In this document: piece after piece, positions 48,606-56,394 of the stretch | Numbering within the stretch: position 1 is the first letter of the stretch | How the letters are laid out: the number at the start of each line of letters is the position of its first letter | Assembly (NCBI GenBank): GCA_018676855.1 | Contig: JABHDY010000003.1 | Span: 148,136 to 212,135 of the forward strand | DNA: 64,000 nt | Reading direction: 5' to 3' | DNA from: Candidatus Woesearchaeota archaeon | GTDB lineage: Archaea; Nanobdellota; Nanobdellia; Woesearchaeales; GW2011-AR9 | Made by a program: the position numbers and the translations under genes | Notes under the pieces: generated by a model | Told to the model about the DNA's origin: nothing | The model's database searches: none | The model's input: only the letters and a program-made list of their open reading frames with translations

Positions 48606-49334
48606 ATGGACAGAGAAACGTTACAAGCAATGGTAAACTCTTATGATTTAGTTCTCGTAGATACAAGTTTCTTTGGACGGGAAGAAGAAGCACGATCACT
48701 TTCTGAAATACTATACGATGTAAAAGATGCAGCAGCATTAGAGAATGTAGCTAGAGATATTGAAGCAGAAAATATTGCATTTCAATTGCAAGTTAGAGTA
48801 CTTGCTACAAGAGACAATGTTTTTACAATTCCTGAACTGTATAAAGAATTGGCACCTTATCTTCAAGCTTTAGAAAAATCGTATGAGTGGCATAATCAAA
48901 AGAGAATGGGAGAAAAAAAAGAACCTCAAAGTAGAAGCAAAGATGGAAGAAAAAATAAAAGACGAACTAACCGAATTAATAAGGTTAAAGTAAAAAGAGA
49001 AATGAGAATGGACGACTTTGATGAAAGATATTTAGATTATACGTCACCTCTTGCACGTAATGCATTAGGAAACATAAATAGTTTAATTAAAAGAGTTAAA
49101 GAAGCAATGAGAATTCCAGTGTATAATGGTTCACGTTTCCGTTTACCTCGTATGGTTGAAGATGTTTCTGAAAAAGTGTACAAAGTGGTTGAAGCAGCTA
49201 TTGGATACACTCGTGCAAACCCAGAACATTCAGTACGAATCCTTACACAGGATCCAAGTATAGATAGAGTTATGGCGTCATATTTGCTCCCACAAATTGT
49301 ACGTGTACTAGAACGAGTTCCATCAAATATTTAA
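48606..49334 (+). CDS. Hypothetical protein, possibly PIN-like with a basic insertion
   Basis: 'YDLVLVDTSFF' at the N-terminus and 'RILTQDPSIDRV' near the C-terminus resemble first and last PIN motifs. The central 'KDGRKNKRRTNRINKVKVKR' stretch is basic. Weak. Confidence 0.4.
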   Translation: MDRETLQAMVNSYDLVLVDTSFFGREEEARSLSEILYDVKDAAALENVARDIEAENIAFQLQVRVLATRDNVFTIPELYKELAPYLQALEKSYEWHNQKRMGEKKEPQSRSKDGRKNKRRTNRINKVKVKREMRMDDFDERYLDYTSPLARNALGNINSLIKRVKEAMRIPVYNGSRFRLPRMVEDVSEKVYKVVEAAIGYTRANPEHSVRILTQDPSIDRVMASYLLPQIVRVLERVPSNI

Positions 49335-49357
49335 ACCCCAACTTTTTGTTATGAACA

Positions 49358-49876
49358 ATGCCGTTTGCATTTGGACATTTAATAGGAGCATGGATTGCTG
49401 GAAAAGCGTACGAACGCATTACAAAGAAAAAGATTAAGCATTATACATGGTTCTTCCTTCTTTTTGGTAGTATTCTCCCAGACATTGATTTTCTTATAGA
49501 CTGGACATTAGGAACAGAAGTTCATAGAACATTTTCTCATAGTTTACTTTTCATTGTTGGTATTTCATTTTTGGTATATATTGTCTTTAGATATTTAAAA
49601 AATAAAGATGCACAACAGTTTGCTATTGCTCTTGGTGCAGGTATTTTTATCCATATTGCACTTGATATGATAAGTACATTAGGTGTACCACTTTTCTGGC
49701 CAAACCTTGCACACATTTCATATACTTCTATTCAATATATTAATCCTGCAGATGTTTCAATGTTTATTGGAGAAAAAGATATTCTTATCAAAGAAATTAA
49801 GTCAGCAGTTTTTGATATGGGCCTTGGAACTGTATGGATATTCTACCTTTGGTTCAAAAAGAAAATAACGTTTTAG
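49358..49876 (+). CDS. DUF457/YdjM-like membrane-bound metal-dependent hydrolase family protein
   Basis: 'FAFGHLIGAWIAG', 'LPDIDFLID', 'HRTFSHSLLF', 'HIALDM'. 4-5 TM helices. Confidence 0.65.
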   Translation: MPFAFGHLIGAWIAGKAYERITKKKIKHYTWFFLLFGSILPDIDFLIDWTLGTEVHRTFSHSLLFIVGISFLVYIVFRYLKNKDAQQFAIALGAGIFIHIALDMISTLGVPLFWPNLAHISYTSIQYINPADVSMFIGEKDILIKEIKSAVFDMGLGTVWIFYLWFKKKITF

Positions 49877-49921
49877 AAAAAGCCTAAACCTTTAAATATC
49901 TTTAAAATCTCTCTTTCTATA

Positions 49922-50578
49922 ATGCCATTACAGGACCCTAAAAAAAAAGAGACAGAGATGATTTCGCTTTTTCCAGAATTTAGTCCAATGAGAGTAAAGT
50001 ATAAAGACATTTTTGACCTTAAAGCGTTTTATGAATCACTTCGTGAATGGCTTCTTGAGAATGATTGGGGAGATGCACAGGGAGACCTTGATCGTTGGGA
50101 AACGTATTATGGAGAAAGGATAGCGCAAAATGGTATGCGAGAAATTTGGATTAATTGGCGAGTAAAAAAAACTCCACAAGATATTGCAACGTGGGAGGGT
50201 GGAAAGAAACCTGCACTATTGTACTATTTAGATTTTGATTGGCATTGTGTTGCCGTTACAAATACTGAAGTTATTAAGGAAGGACACAAACTTAAAGTTA
50301 ATAAAGGAGAAGTCGAGCTTGTTATGAAAGCGTTCATTGATCCAGTTTATAAAAAAGAATTTTCAAGCAGTTCTATTTTAAAACAATTTCAAAAAGTCTT
50401 TACAAAAAGAATTTATCGGAAAGAACTTGAACAACGGAAAAAAGAGTTGTATCAAGAAACGTATTCAATGCAGAACTTTATCAAACAATGGTTTAAACTG
50501 AAAAGATATTTACCATACGAAGAAAAGAAGAGTTTCTTCCGCAGTTATGCATGGCCATCTCATAAGAAAGAAGAGTAA
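49922..50578 (+). CDS. Hypothetical protein
   Basis: 218-aa ORF. No motif recognised. Confidence 0.5.
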   Translation: MPLQDPKKKETEMISLFPEFSPMRVKYKDIFDLKAFYESLREWLLENDWGDAQGDLDRWETYYGERIAQNGMREIWINWRVKKTPQDIATWEGGKKPALLYYLDFDWHCVAVTNTEVIKEGHKLKVNKGEVELVMKAFIDPVYKKEFSSSSILKQFQKVFTKRIYRKELEQRKKELYQETYSMQNFIKQWFKLKRYLPYEEKKSFFRSYAWPSHKKEE

Positions 50579-50580
50579 AG

Positions 50581-50588
50581 TTAATAAA
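50581..50588 (+). promoter_or_regulatory. TATA-like element upstream of the tRNA-like element / tRNA-Thr pair
   Basis: 'ttaataaa' centred about 29 nt upstream of 50614. No comparable AT box lies 25-30 nt upstream of tRNA-Thr itself. Confidence 0.35.
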
Positions 50589-50613
50589 GAAGTAGAAAGA
50601 ATTTGTTCTTATT

Positions 50614-50686
50614 GCCCCAGTGGCTTAGGTGCTCTTCGCAGCCAATTTCGATTTGGCGTTCGAGGTGTCATCTTCGTACTGGCGTA
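50614..50686 (+). ncRNA. Degenerate tRNA-like element with TCG (Arg) anticodon hairpin
   Basis: 73 nt. The first 15 nt match the 5' ends of tRNA-Thr and tRNA-Asn. Perfect anticodon arm GCCAA-TTTCGAT-TTGGC. Weak D-arm. T-position stem CGAGG/CTTCG with a 6-nt loop lacking TTCRA. Acceptor pairs 6/7 (one C-C, one G-T). Confidence 0.35.
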
Positions 50687-50704
50687 CTCGACAACACACA
50701 TATC

Positions 50705-50777
50705 GCCCCAGTGGCTTAGTGGCTATAGCACCTGACTTGTAATCAGGAGGTCGGGGGTTCAACTCCCCCCTGGGGCT
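50705..50777 (+). tRNA. tRNA-Thr (anticodon TGT)
   Basis: GCCCCAG-TG-GCTT-AGTGGCTA-TAGC-A-CCTGA-CTTGTAA-TCAGG-AGGTC-GGGGG-TTCAACT-CCCCC-CTGGGGC-T, followed by a T-run. No encoded CCA. Confidence 0.9.
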
Positions 50778-50809
50778 TTTTTCTTTTATTTTCTTACTTA
50801 TAAGACAAT

Positions 50810-51262
50810 TTAGACAAGAATCTGATTTTCATATAAAGGATGAACTCTTTGAATTATAAAACCTGCACGTTGATTTTCAAATGGATGCATAGGAAAACTT
50901 GAAACGTCTAAAGGTAATCCGTAACAATGAAATTTTGTTTGTAATACATTTCCTATTCTCCATTCCATATTATAATTTCTATCTTTTTTAGTGTGAGGAT
51001 TTTTTTGCCAAAAGTAAATATCAATATCATCTTGGTCACGCCAGTGAGACTCTTTGCCATGTAATCGTAAAATTGAACCAAAAAGATACACACCATGTAC
51101 ACCATAATCACCCTCATGAATATCTAATTCGTCAATAGTTTCTTTTATAGATTCTGTAAGTTGTTTTTCATCAACCAATTTTGAATAATCAGCACCTGTC
51201 CAAAATCTATTTGGTTTAAATCCAATACTGGTTTTTAGGGCATCAAATATTTCTTTTTTCAT
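50810..51262 (-). CDS. Pol-beta-superfamily nucleotidyltransferase-like protein
   Basis: 'VYLFGSILRLHGKESHWRDQDDIDIYF' fits the GS..DxD minimal NTase signature. ATGA overlap with nfi. Confidence 0.5.
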   Translation of the reverse strand: MKKEIFDALKTSIGFKPNRFWTGADYSKLVDEKQLTESIKETIDELDIHEGDYGVHGVYLFGSILRLHGKESHWRDQDDIDIYFWQKNPHTKKDRNYNMEWRIGNVLQTKFHCYGLPLDVSSFPMHPFENQRAGFIIQRVHPLYENQILV

Positions 51263-51882
51263 TGTGTTACTCCTTTCGCAAACTTCTTTGCAACTTTCCG
51301 AGCAATATGAAGTGGTTCAGGCATCTTATGTGGAGAAATGATTGTTGATTGCATAATTGTAAGTACGGACCCTAAAGAAATTAAGTTTCCTGGAGATACG
51401 TATAAAGGCTTAGCGTGTTCACGCGTTGTAATTTCAAAGCCAACAACATCACCCTCTAACAAAACATTTCCTTTCTCAACATTTCCGAGCAATAATTTTT
51501 CAGAAATGCCAATAGTTGATTTATTTAATATTAACCCAACATGAGACGCAATACCAATTTTGCGTGGATGAAGTATCCCGTTCCCTTTAATTATGAGAAT
51601 ATCTGGTTCTTCTTCTAGCATGTTAAACGCTTCAACAATTGCTGGCATTTCACGATATGCTTCAAACCAAAGTCTATGAGGTAAAGGATTATGTAATGTA
51701 TACACTTTTTGTTCTTTTAATTTCATAGAAGGATATTCACACACAACAACACATGCAATTATATTATCTCCAGACTGAACACATTCTACTCCGCCGATAG
51801 TTCTAACAGTAGTAAAGTCGTCCCGTAGCACAATCTTTTGTGCAAGTTTCCATTGCTCCTTTTTTAATTCTTCTAGATCCAT
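51259..51882 (-). CDS. nfi: Endonuclease V
   Basis: 'IGGVECV', 'IIKGNGILHPRKIGIASHVGL', 'KPLYVSPGN'. Confidence 0.85.
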   Translation of the reverse strand: MDLEELKKEQWKLAQKIVLRDDFTTVRTIGGVECVQSGDNIIACVVVCEYPSMKLKEQKVYTLHNPLPHRLWFEAYREMPAIVEAFNMLEEEPDILIIKGNGILHPRKIGIASHVGLILNKSTIGISEKLLLGNVEKGNVLLEGDVVGFEITTREHAKPLYVSPGNLISLGSVLTIMQSTIISPHKMPEPLHIARKVAKKFAKGVTQ

Positions 51883-52006
51883 TGTACTTCACCGGCTTTA
51901 TTGTTATGGACAATGATTTATTTATAAACCTTTCCAATTTCACTACTTTGTAAAGACAACTTATCTAAAGAATATTTATATACATCTAAGACATTCTGTA
52001 AATAGA

Positions 52007-52465
52007 ATGAACAAAAGAGGAATATCACCTATTATTGCAACATTACTATTAATCTCGTTTGCTGTTGCATTAGGAGTCGTGATAATGAGTTTTGGACGAG
52101 CACAAGTAGAATTGGAAGCACAATGTCCAATAAATGTTGGATTAAAGTTAGCGGTTGTTGGTGGAGTCGAAGAAGTATGTTATAACGCAGCAAAAAAAGA
52201 TTTTTCGTTTACTATAGAAAATGGTGTTAATATTAAAGTAGAAGGTCTTATTGTAAATATTATAGGAACACAAAAGGCAGAGACATTTGAATTAAATGAT
52301 GCGAAGATAGCAAAAGCTGGAACATATATTGGCCACGTTACGTACAATTCGGCCATCTCAGGTACGATACGACAAGTAAAAATTTCTCCAAAAGTTGTGA
52401 TGTACGATGAAGAACAAATTTGTATTGAAAAAGCGTTAATTCTTGAAAGTGTTAAAGGTTGTTAA
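52007..52465 (+). CDS. Archaeal type IV pilin-like protein (class III signal peptide)
   Basis: Canonical 'MNKRG/ISPIIATLLLISFAVALGVV'. Confidence 0.7.
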   Translation: MNKRGISPIIATLLLISFAVALGVVIMSFGRAQVELEAQCPINVGLKLAVVGGVEEVCYNAAKKDFSFTIENGVNIKVEGLIVNIIGTQKAETFELNDAKIAKAGTYIGHVTYNSAISGTIRQVKISPKVVMYDEEQICIEKALILESVKGC

Positions 52466-52500
52466 GAAAGTTTTAATAGAGTAAGCATTTTCTTATTCGT

Positions 52501-53280
52501 ATGCAAATAGAAATCGATTTAACAAAATCTGTAGATGAGAATGCAGGAACATATTTTAACCTTGCAAAGAAAGCAAAGAAGAAAGTTGAAGGAGCAGCAA
52601 AAGCACTCAAGGAAAGTAAAGAGAAACTTGAAAAATTACAGAAACAGGAAGAAAAGTTTCAGGAACAAGAGGAAAAGAAACAAGCTAAAAGAAATCGTAA
52701 ACGTGAATGGTACGAAAAGTTTCATTGGTTTACATCATCAGAAGGATTTTTGTGTATAGGAGGTAAGGATGCTACTTCTAACGAAATTGTCATTAAGAAA
52801 CATACAGATAAAGAAGACATTGTATTACATACAGACATGGCTGGTTCACCGTTCTTTGTTGTAAAGAACGGTCAAGACGCAACTGATAAAACAATTCAAG
52901 AAGCTGCGCAAGCAGTTGCTGCCAATTCACGAGCATGGAAACTTGGCCATACAACAGCTGACGTTTTTTATGTTAAGCCTGAACAAGTAACGAAAGAAGC
53001 TAAAGCAGGAGAAAATATTGCAAAAGGAAGTTTTATGGTGTATGGAAAGACAAAATATTTTCATCCAAAATTAGAATATGCAATTGGTGTTGTTGACGAG
53101 GATGTTATTGGTGGACCAATTGATGCTATAAAATCAAAAACAAAACTGTTTGTTACTGTCATTCCAGGACGTGAAAAGAAAAGTGCTCTGGCAAAGAAAA
53201 TTAGATCCAAACTTAAAGGCGGCGATTTAGATGATATTATCAAATTCCTGCCTGCAGGTGGTGGAGAGGTTAAGAAATGA
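52501..53280 (+). CDS. Stand-alone coiled-coil + NFACT-R (DUF814) protein, equivalent to the C-terminal half of Rqc2/NEMF/FbpA-like proteins
   Basis: K/E-rich coiled coil, then 'WYEKFHWFTSSEGFLCIGGKDATSNEIVIKKH..DIVLHTDMAGSPFFVVK'. Confidence 0.7.
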   Translation: MQIEIDLTKSVDENAGTYFNLAKKAKKKVEGAAKALKESKEKLEKLQKQEEKFQEQEEKKQAKRNRKREWYEKFHWFTSSEGFLCIGGKDATSNEIVIKKHTDKEDIVLHTDMAGSPFFVVKNGQDATDKTIQEAAQAVAANSRAWKLGHTTADVFYVKPEQVTKEAKAGENIAKGSFMVYGKTKYFHPKLEYAIGVVDEDVIGGPIDAIKSKTKLFVTVIPGREKKSALAKKIRSKLKGGDLDDIIKFLPAGGGEVKK

Positions 53281-53303
53281 ATAGAGATTGTTTCGAACGG
53301 TAT

Positions 53304-54044
53304 TTATGTTTTATATACTTCTTTTAGTGCATCTGCAATTAGTTTAGCAACAGATTTTATATTATTTGGCTTTCTCAATAATGAAGAAATCTCAAGTTGC
53401 ATTGAATGATCTTTTGTTCCTGCATGATATTGTATCCCATCTTGTCTTGACCAAGCAGCATAATGTTTTCCAATTCCTGCTTTAAGTCCATTATCTACTA
53501 AAAGTTTTTCTTCCAATGTATCTTTAAGTTCTTCCATATGGACTCTTTTTGCCCTGACAAGTCCTGTATTTCTTCCCGCATTAGGATGTTTATCTCTTCG
53601 GCCTTGTGTGCCTTTAAGTCTTCCTTGGTGATACTTTGCACCGAACCCGATATCAATTCCAATTTGTTCAGGATTGTCAGCCATTCCATGAACATATACA
53701 ACAATTGCTTTTCCAGCACCATATTGTCTTGCTTCTTCTGCAAATTCTTTTATATGATCATAAAACTCTTTCATATGTGGATTCTTTCTTTGCCATAAAT
53801 ATTTTTGATTTGTACTTGACCAAGATAATTTATTAAAATCCTCCACCCTGTTAGGATTTGAAGATGCTCTAGAGTTTGATGGTTTTATATATCTCTCATT
53901 TATGACAAGAGCAGAATTTAAATGTCGTGAGATTTCTTCAGCTATTTCTTTTGTCCTTATGTCATCTCCCGCTGCATGTGGAGCTACTATAACAAACTTT
54001 GAAGAACCTTTTTTCTTTGATCCATAATTAGTGTTACTCATCAT
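53304..54044 (-). CDS. Hypothetical hydrolase, tentatively N-formylglutamate-amidohydrolase / PghP (DUF867)-like fold
   Basis: 'FVIVAPHAAGDDIRTKEIAEEI' and 'AIVVYVHGM' resemble the metal-binding strands of those families. Recognition from memory only. Confidence 0.4.
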   Translation of the reverse strand: MMSNTNYGSKKKGSSKFVIVAPHAAGDDIRTKEIAEEISRHLNSALVINERYIKPSNSRASSNPNRVEDFNKLSWSSTNQKYLWQRKNPHMKEFYDHIKEFAEEARQYGAGKAIVVYVHGMADNPEQIGIDIGFGAKYHQGRLKGTQGRRDKHPNAGRNTGLVRAKRVHMEELKDTLEEKLLVDNGLKAGIGKHYAAWSRQDGIQYHAGTKDHSMQLEISSLLRKPNNIKSVAKLIADALKEVYKT

Positions 54045-54136
54045 ATATTAATATAATCAACAAGTATATAAAAATGATGGAAAATGTTTATTACATATTT
54101 GTAAACATAATAACCAAGTCCTAGAGAGATTAAGAA

Positions 54137-54152
54137 GGGGGCCTAAGCCCCC
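54137..54152 (-). terminator. GC hairpin downstream of the two-gene cassette
   Basis: GGGGGC-ctaa-GCCCCC, 6-bp all-G:C stem. On the minus strand it begins 23 nt after the stop at 54175 and is followed by 'ttcttaatct'. Confidence 0.5.
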
Positions 54153-54174
54153 AGATGGTTTCTTTTGTTCTGTT

Positions 54175-54612
54175 TTATCTCAACAGGTTTTCCACGATTC
54201 TTCCCAAGGTTCGATCACCGCCGCACTCTGACCAGGTGATACTTGCACCCAGATCTCTTGCTTTTTGTTTTTTCATTTGGTAACCGCAGTCGCAAGCTAC
54301 CATTTTTATGTTTTGCTGTACTGGCTCTGGTAGTGCTTCTACAGCTTCCAAGCTGGCGATTGAACCTCTTGCTCCGAAGTACACTATTACTTCATCGATT
54401 CTTTGCATGAAGTCTCCTACCATTGGTTTTCCTTCTTGGTATACCCTTCTAGCTACATCTACTGGTACGGTATTGAAACCACCTTCAGATTCTGGTGAGA
54501 TTATGTTACCCGTTACCAGTACATCTCTTTTAGTTCCTTCGTAGATTCCTTTAGGGAAACCATTTACTCCCCTGTACGTCATTACGCATGTTACTGGTTT
54601 TTGTTCATCCAT
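54175..54612 (-). CDS. Hypothetical protein (cassette gene 2)
   Basis: 145 aa. Strong SD GGAGGT 8 nt upstream. G+C visibly higher than the flanks. 'EVIVYFGARGS', 'IKMVACDCG', 'SECGG' suggest an alpha/beta fold. No family recognised. Confidence 0.6.
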   Translation of the reverse strand: MDEQKPVTCVMTYRGVNGFPKGIYEGTKRDVLVTGNIISPESEGGFNTVPVDVARRVYQEGKPMVGDFMQRIDEVIVYFGARGSIASLEAVEALPEPVQQNIKMVACDCGYQMKKQKARDLGASITWSECGGDRTLGRIVENLLR

Positions 54613-54617
54613 TGTCG

Positions 54618-54630
54618 TTTACCTCCCCTT
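54618..54630 (-). promoter_or_regulatory. RBS motif AAGGGGAGGTAAA (copy 1)
   Basis: Plus strand 'tttacctcccctt'. The GGAGGT core lies 8 nt upstream of ATG 54612. Confidence 0.6.
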
Positions 54631-54678
54631 CTCAGGTTGTTGCATCATTGCGTCGTGCTTGTTGAGTCTGATTCTTTT

Positions 54679-54990
54679 TTATCCTTGTAGTAGTTTCTTT
54701 TCGTCTGCGTATGGCAGGTAGTGTATTGGTACTTCGTAGCATGTTGTTTGCCGTTGCACCCATTCTTTTTCTGTTTCTTCGCCGTTTCTTCGTATTCGTA
54801 CTGTCATTCTTTCTTCCAGAGTTTGTTCTATTCTTACCGTTGGTTGAGTTAGGGGTTCTGTAGTTCTGGTTATTAGTGATGGCCTCTTGACCGTTCTCGC
54901 TTCAGAGTTTCCGTAGTATTTCGTTAGGCTTCCAGGTGGCACCCCTAGTCTTTCTTCTCTGGTTTCCATGTCTTTTAGGTATTGTTTCAT
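54679..54990 (-). CDS. Hypothetical Arg/Glu/Thr-rich protein (cassette gene 1)
   Basis: 103 aa. The same 13-nt RBS motif lies upstream. No family recognised. Confidence 0.55.
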   Translation of the reverse strand: MKQYLKDMETREERLGVPPGSLTKYYGNSEARTVKRPSLITRTTEPLTQPTVRIEQTLEERMTVRIRRNGEETEKEWVQRQTTCYEVPIHYLPYADEKKLLQG

Positions 54991-54994
54991 TCGT

Positions 54995-55007
54995 TTTACC
55001 TCCCCTT
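54995..55007 (-). promoter_or_regulatory. RBS motif AAGGGGAGGTAAA (copy 2)
   Basis: Identical 13-mer. The GGAGGT core lies 7 nt upstream of ATG 54990. Confidence 0.6.
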
Positions 55008-55061
55008 GCAGGCCTTTTTTCTCCCTACACTACTTAGAGATAACAACAGTTCTTTAATGTT

Positions 55062-55083
55062 TGTTGTAGAAACATCTACAACA
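55062..55083. promoter_or_regulatory. Perfect 9-bp inverted repeat, candidate TrmB operator
   Basis: TGTTGTAGA-aaca-TCTACAACA. Ends 7 nt before the trmB TATA-like box (55091-55097), in the divergent intergenic region. Confidence 0.4.
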
Positions 55084-55119
55084 GAAAGCAATATAAAGAA
55101 TAAGACAATACCAACCACT

Positions 55120-55836
55120 ATGAACAAGATTCAGACAACACTAGAGAATTTAGGATTTAGTCCTAACGAAATTAAAGTGTACTTAGCTCTTAATGACCAT
55201 GGATCAAGTAAAGCAGGAAAAATTGCTAAAGTTTCAAAGATTGACCGTAGCAGTTGTTACAATTCAATAAAACACTTAATTGAGAAAGGTCTTGTAAGTT
55301 ATGTTTCTATTGGAAAGATTAAATGGTTTCAAGCAACAGGACCAAAAAAATTGTTAGATTATATTAAAGAACAACAAAAAGATGTTGAAGAAATTCTTCC
55401 TGAATTGCATGCACGACATAAAATGAGTAAAATATCTGGCCAAGTACGAATGTTTAAAGGAACGAAGGGTGTACGAACAATATTGCAAGACATTCTAAGA
55501 ACAAAGAAAGAAAATTTGATGTTTGGAAACGAGAATCAATTAGAAGAGAAAATGCCTACATATCAAAAACAGTTCGTTCGGCAACTTAAAGAAAATAAAA
55601 TGACTGTTCGAGAAATTGTACGAGAAGATCGTGCAACAAAAACGTCTAACCCGTTACAAACACGATATGTACCTAAATCAGTAATATCTCCCGTCGTCAC
55701 AAATATTTATGATGAAAAGATTGCATTGATAATATGGACAGATGAACCCGAAGGAATTATTATTGAAAATCCTGCAGCAGCAAAAGCGTATAGAAGTTAC
55801 TTTGAATTTATGTGGGAACATGCAAAAAAGAAATAA
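55120..55836 (+). CDS. TrmB-family transcriptional regulator
   Basis: Start at 'MNKIQTTLENLGFSPNEIKVYLALNDHGSSKAGKIAKVSKIDRSSCYNSIKHLIEKGLVSYV' (wHTH). 'atataaa' lies 26 nt upstream. The track's 54982 start overlaps the divergent gene. Confidence 0.8.
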   Translation: MNKIQTTLENLGFSPNEIKVYLALNDHGSSKAGKIAKVSKIDRSSCYNSIKHLIEKGLVSYVSIGKIKWFQATGPKKLLDYIKEQQKDVEEILPELHARHKMSKISGQVRMFKGTKGVRTILQDILRTKKENLMFGNENQLEEKMPTYQKQFVRQLKENKMTVREIVREDRATKTSNPLQTRYVPKSVISPVVTNIYDEKIALIIWTDEPEGIIIENPAAAKAYRSYFEFMWEHAKKK

Positions 55837-55842
55837 TAAAAA

Positions 55843-56349
55843 TTATTTTTTAAATTTCTTATATCCTATCCAGATAAGTATGGCTAACACAACGCCAAGA
55901 ACTGCAAATCGCAAATACTTTGCCATATCTCCCCAATATCTAATAGTTCCATAGATTAAAGTTAGTGCACCACCAGACATAATTCCTGAACTAACACTTT
56001 CTAACTTTAATACAACACCACCAAGAATAACAGCAAGTATTCCAACAATTAATGTTATGATAAACACGTTCTTATTGTACACTTCATTTGCTTGATTAAA
56101 TCCAGCTTCACATTCAAATTGTACGTTACACCACCCACTTCTTTCATCGACAGGTTTTGGACCAACATACTCGTCCCATTGCCCGCCTGCTTCTGTACAT
56201 TGTTCAAACGTGTTTATAAAAACTGGTTTTTCATCACAAAAGTCGTTATATTCAGGATTAGTATAAAACGTATCAATACCGTACCCGACAAACAATGCTA
56301 ACACTATTGCTATACTTATTGCAAGAATTGTTCGTTTAACTTTTGACAT
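55843..56349 (-). CDS. Membrane protein, unknown function
   Basis: 168 aa. N-terminal TM, Cys-containing loop, three C-terminal TM helices. Confidence 0.5.
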   Translation of the reverse strand: MSKVKRTILAISIAIVLALFVGYGIDTFYTNPEYNDFCDEKPVFINTFEQCTEAGGQWDEYVGPKPVDERSGWCNVQFECEAGFNQANEVYNKNVFIITLIVGILAVILGGVVLKLESVSSGIMSGGALTLIYGTIRYWGDMAKYLRFAVLGVVLAILIWIGYKKFKK

Positions 56350-56394
56350 GCCATTGAAAAATTAATAAGATATATAAATTATTCTTTTTTTGTT

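Noticed and set aside
50614-50719. The duplicated 15-nt tRNA 5' end (50614-50628 and 50705-50719) as att sites of an integrated element
   Set aside because: Only 76 nt separate the copies, there is no integrase, and the same 15-mer also begins tRNA-Asn at 18240. It reflects shared acceptor/D-arm sequence, not an integration scar.
50547-50735. 62-aa ORF spanning the tRNA-like element and the 5' part of tRNA-Thr
   Set aside because: It overlaps a clear tRNA gene and has low-complexity, G+C-driven content.
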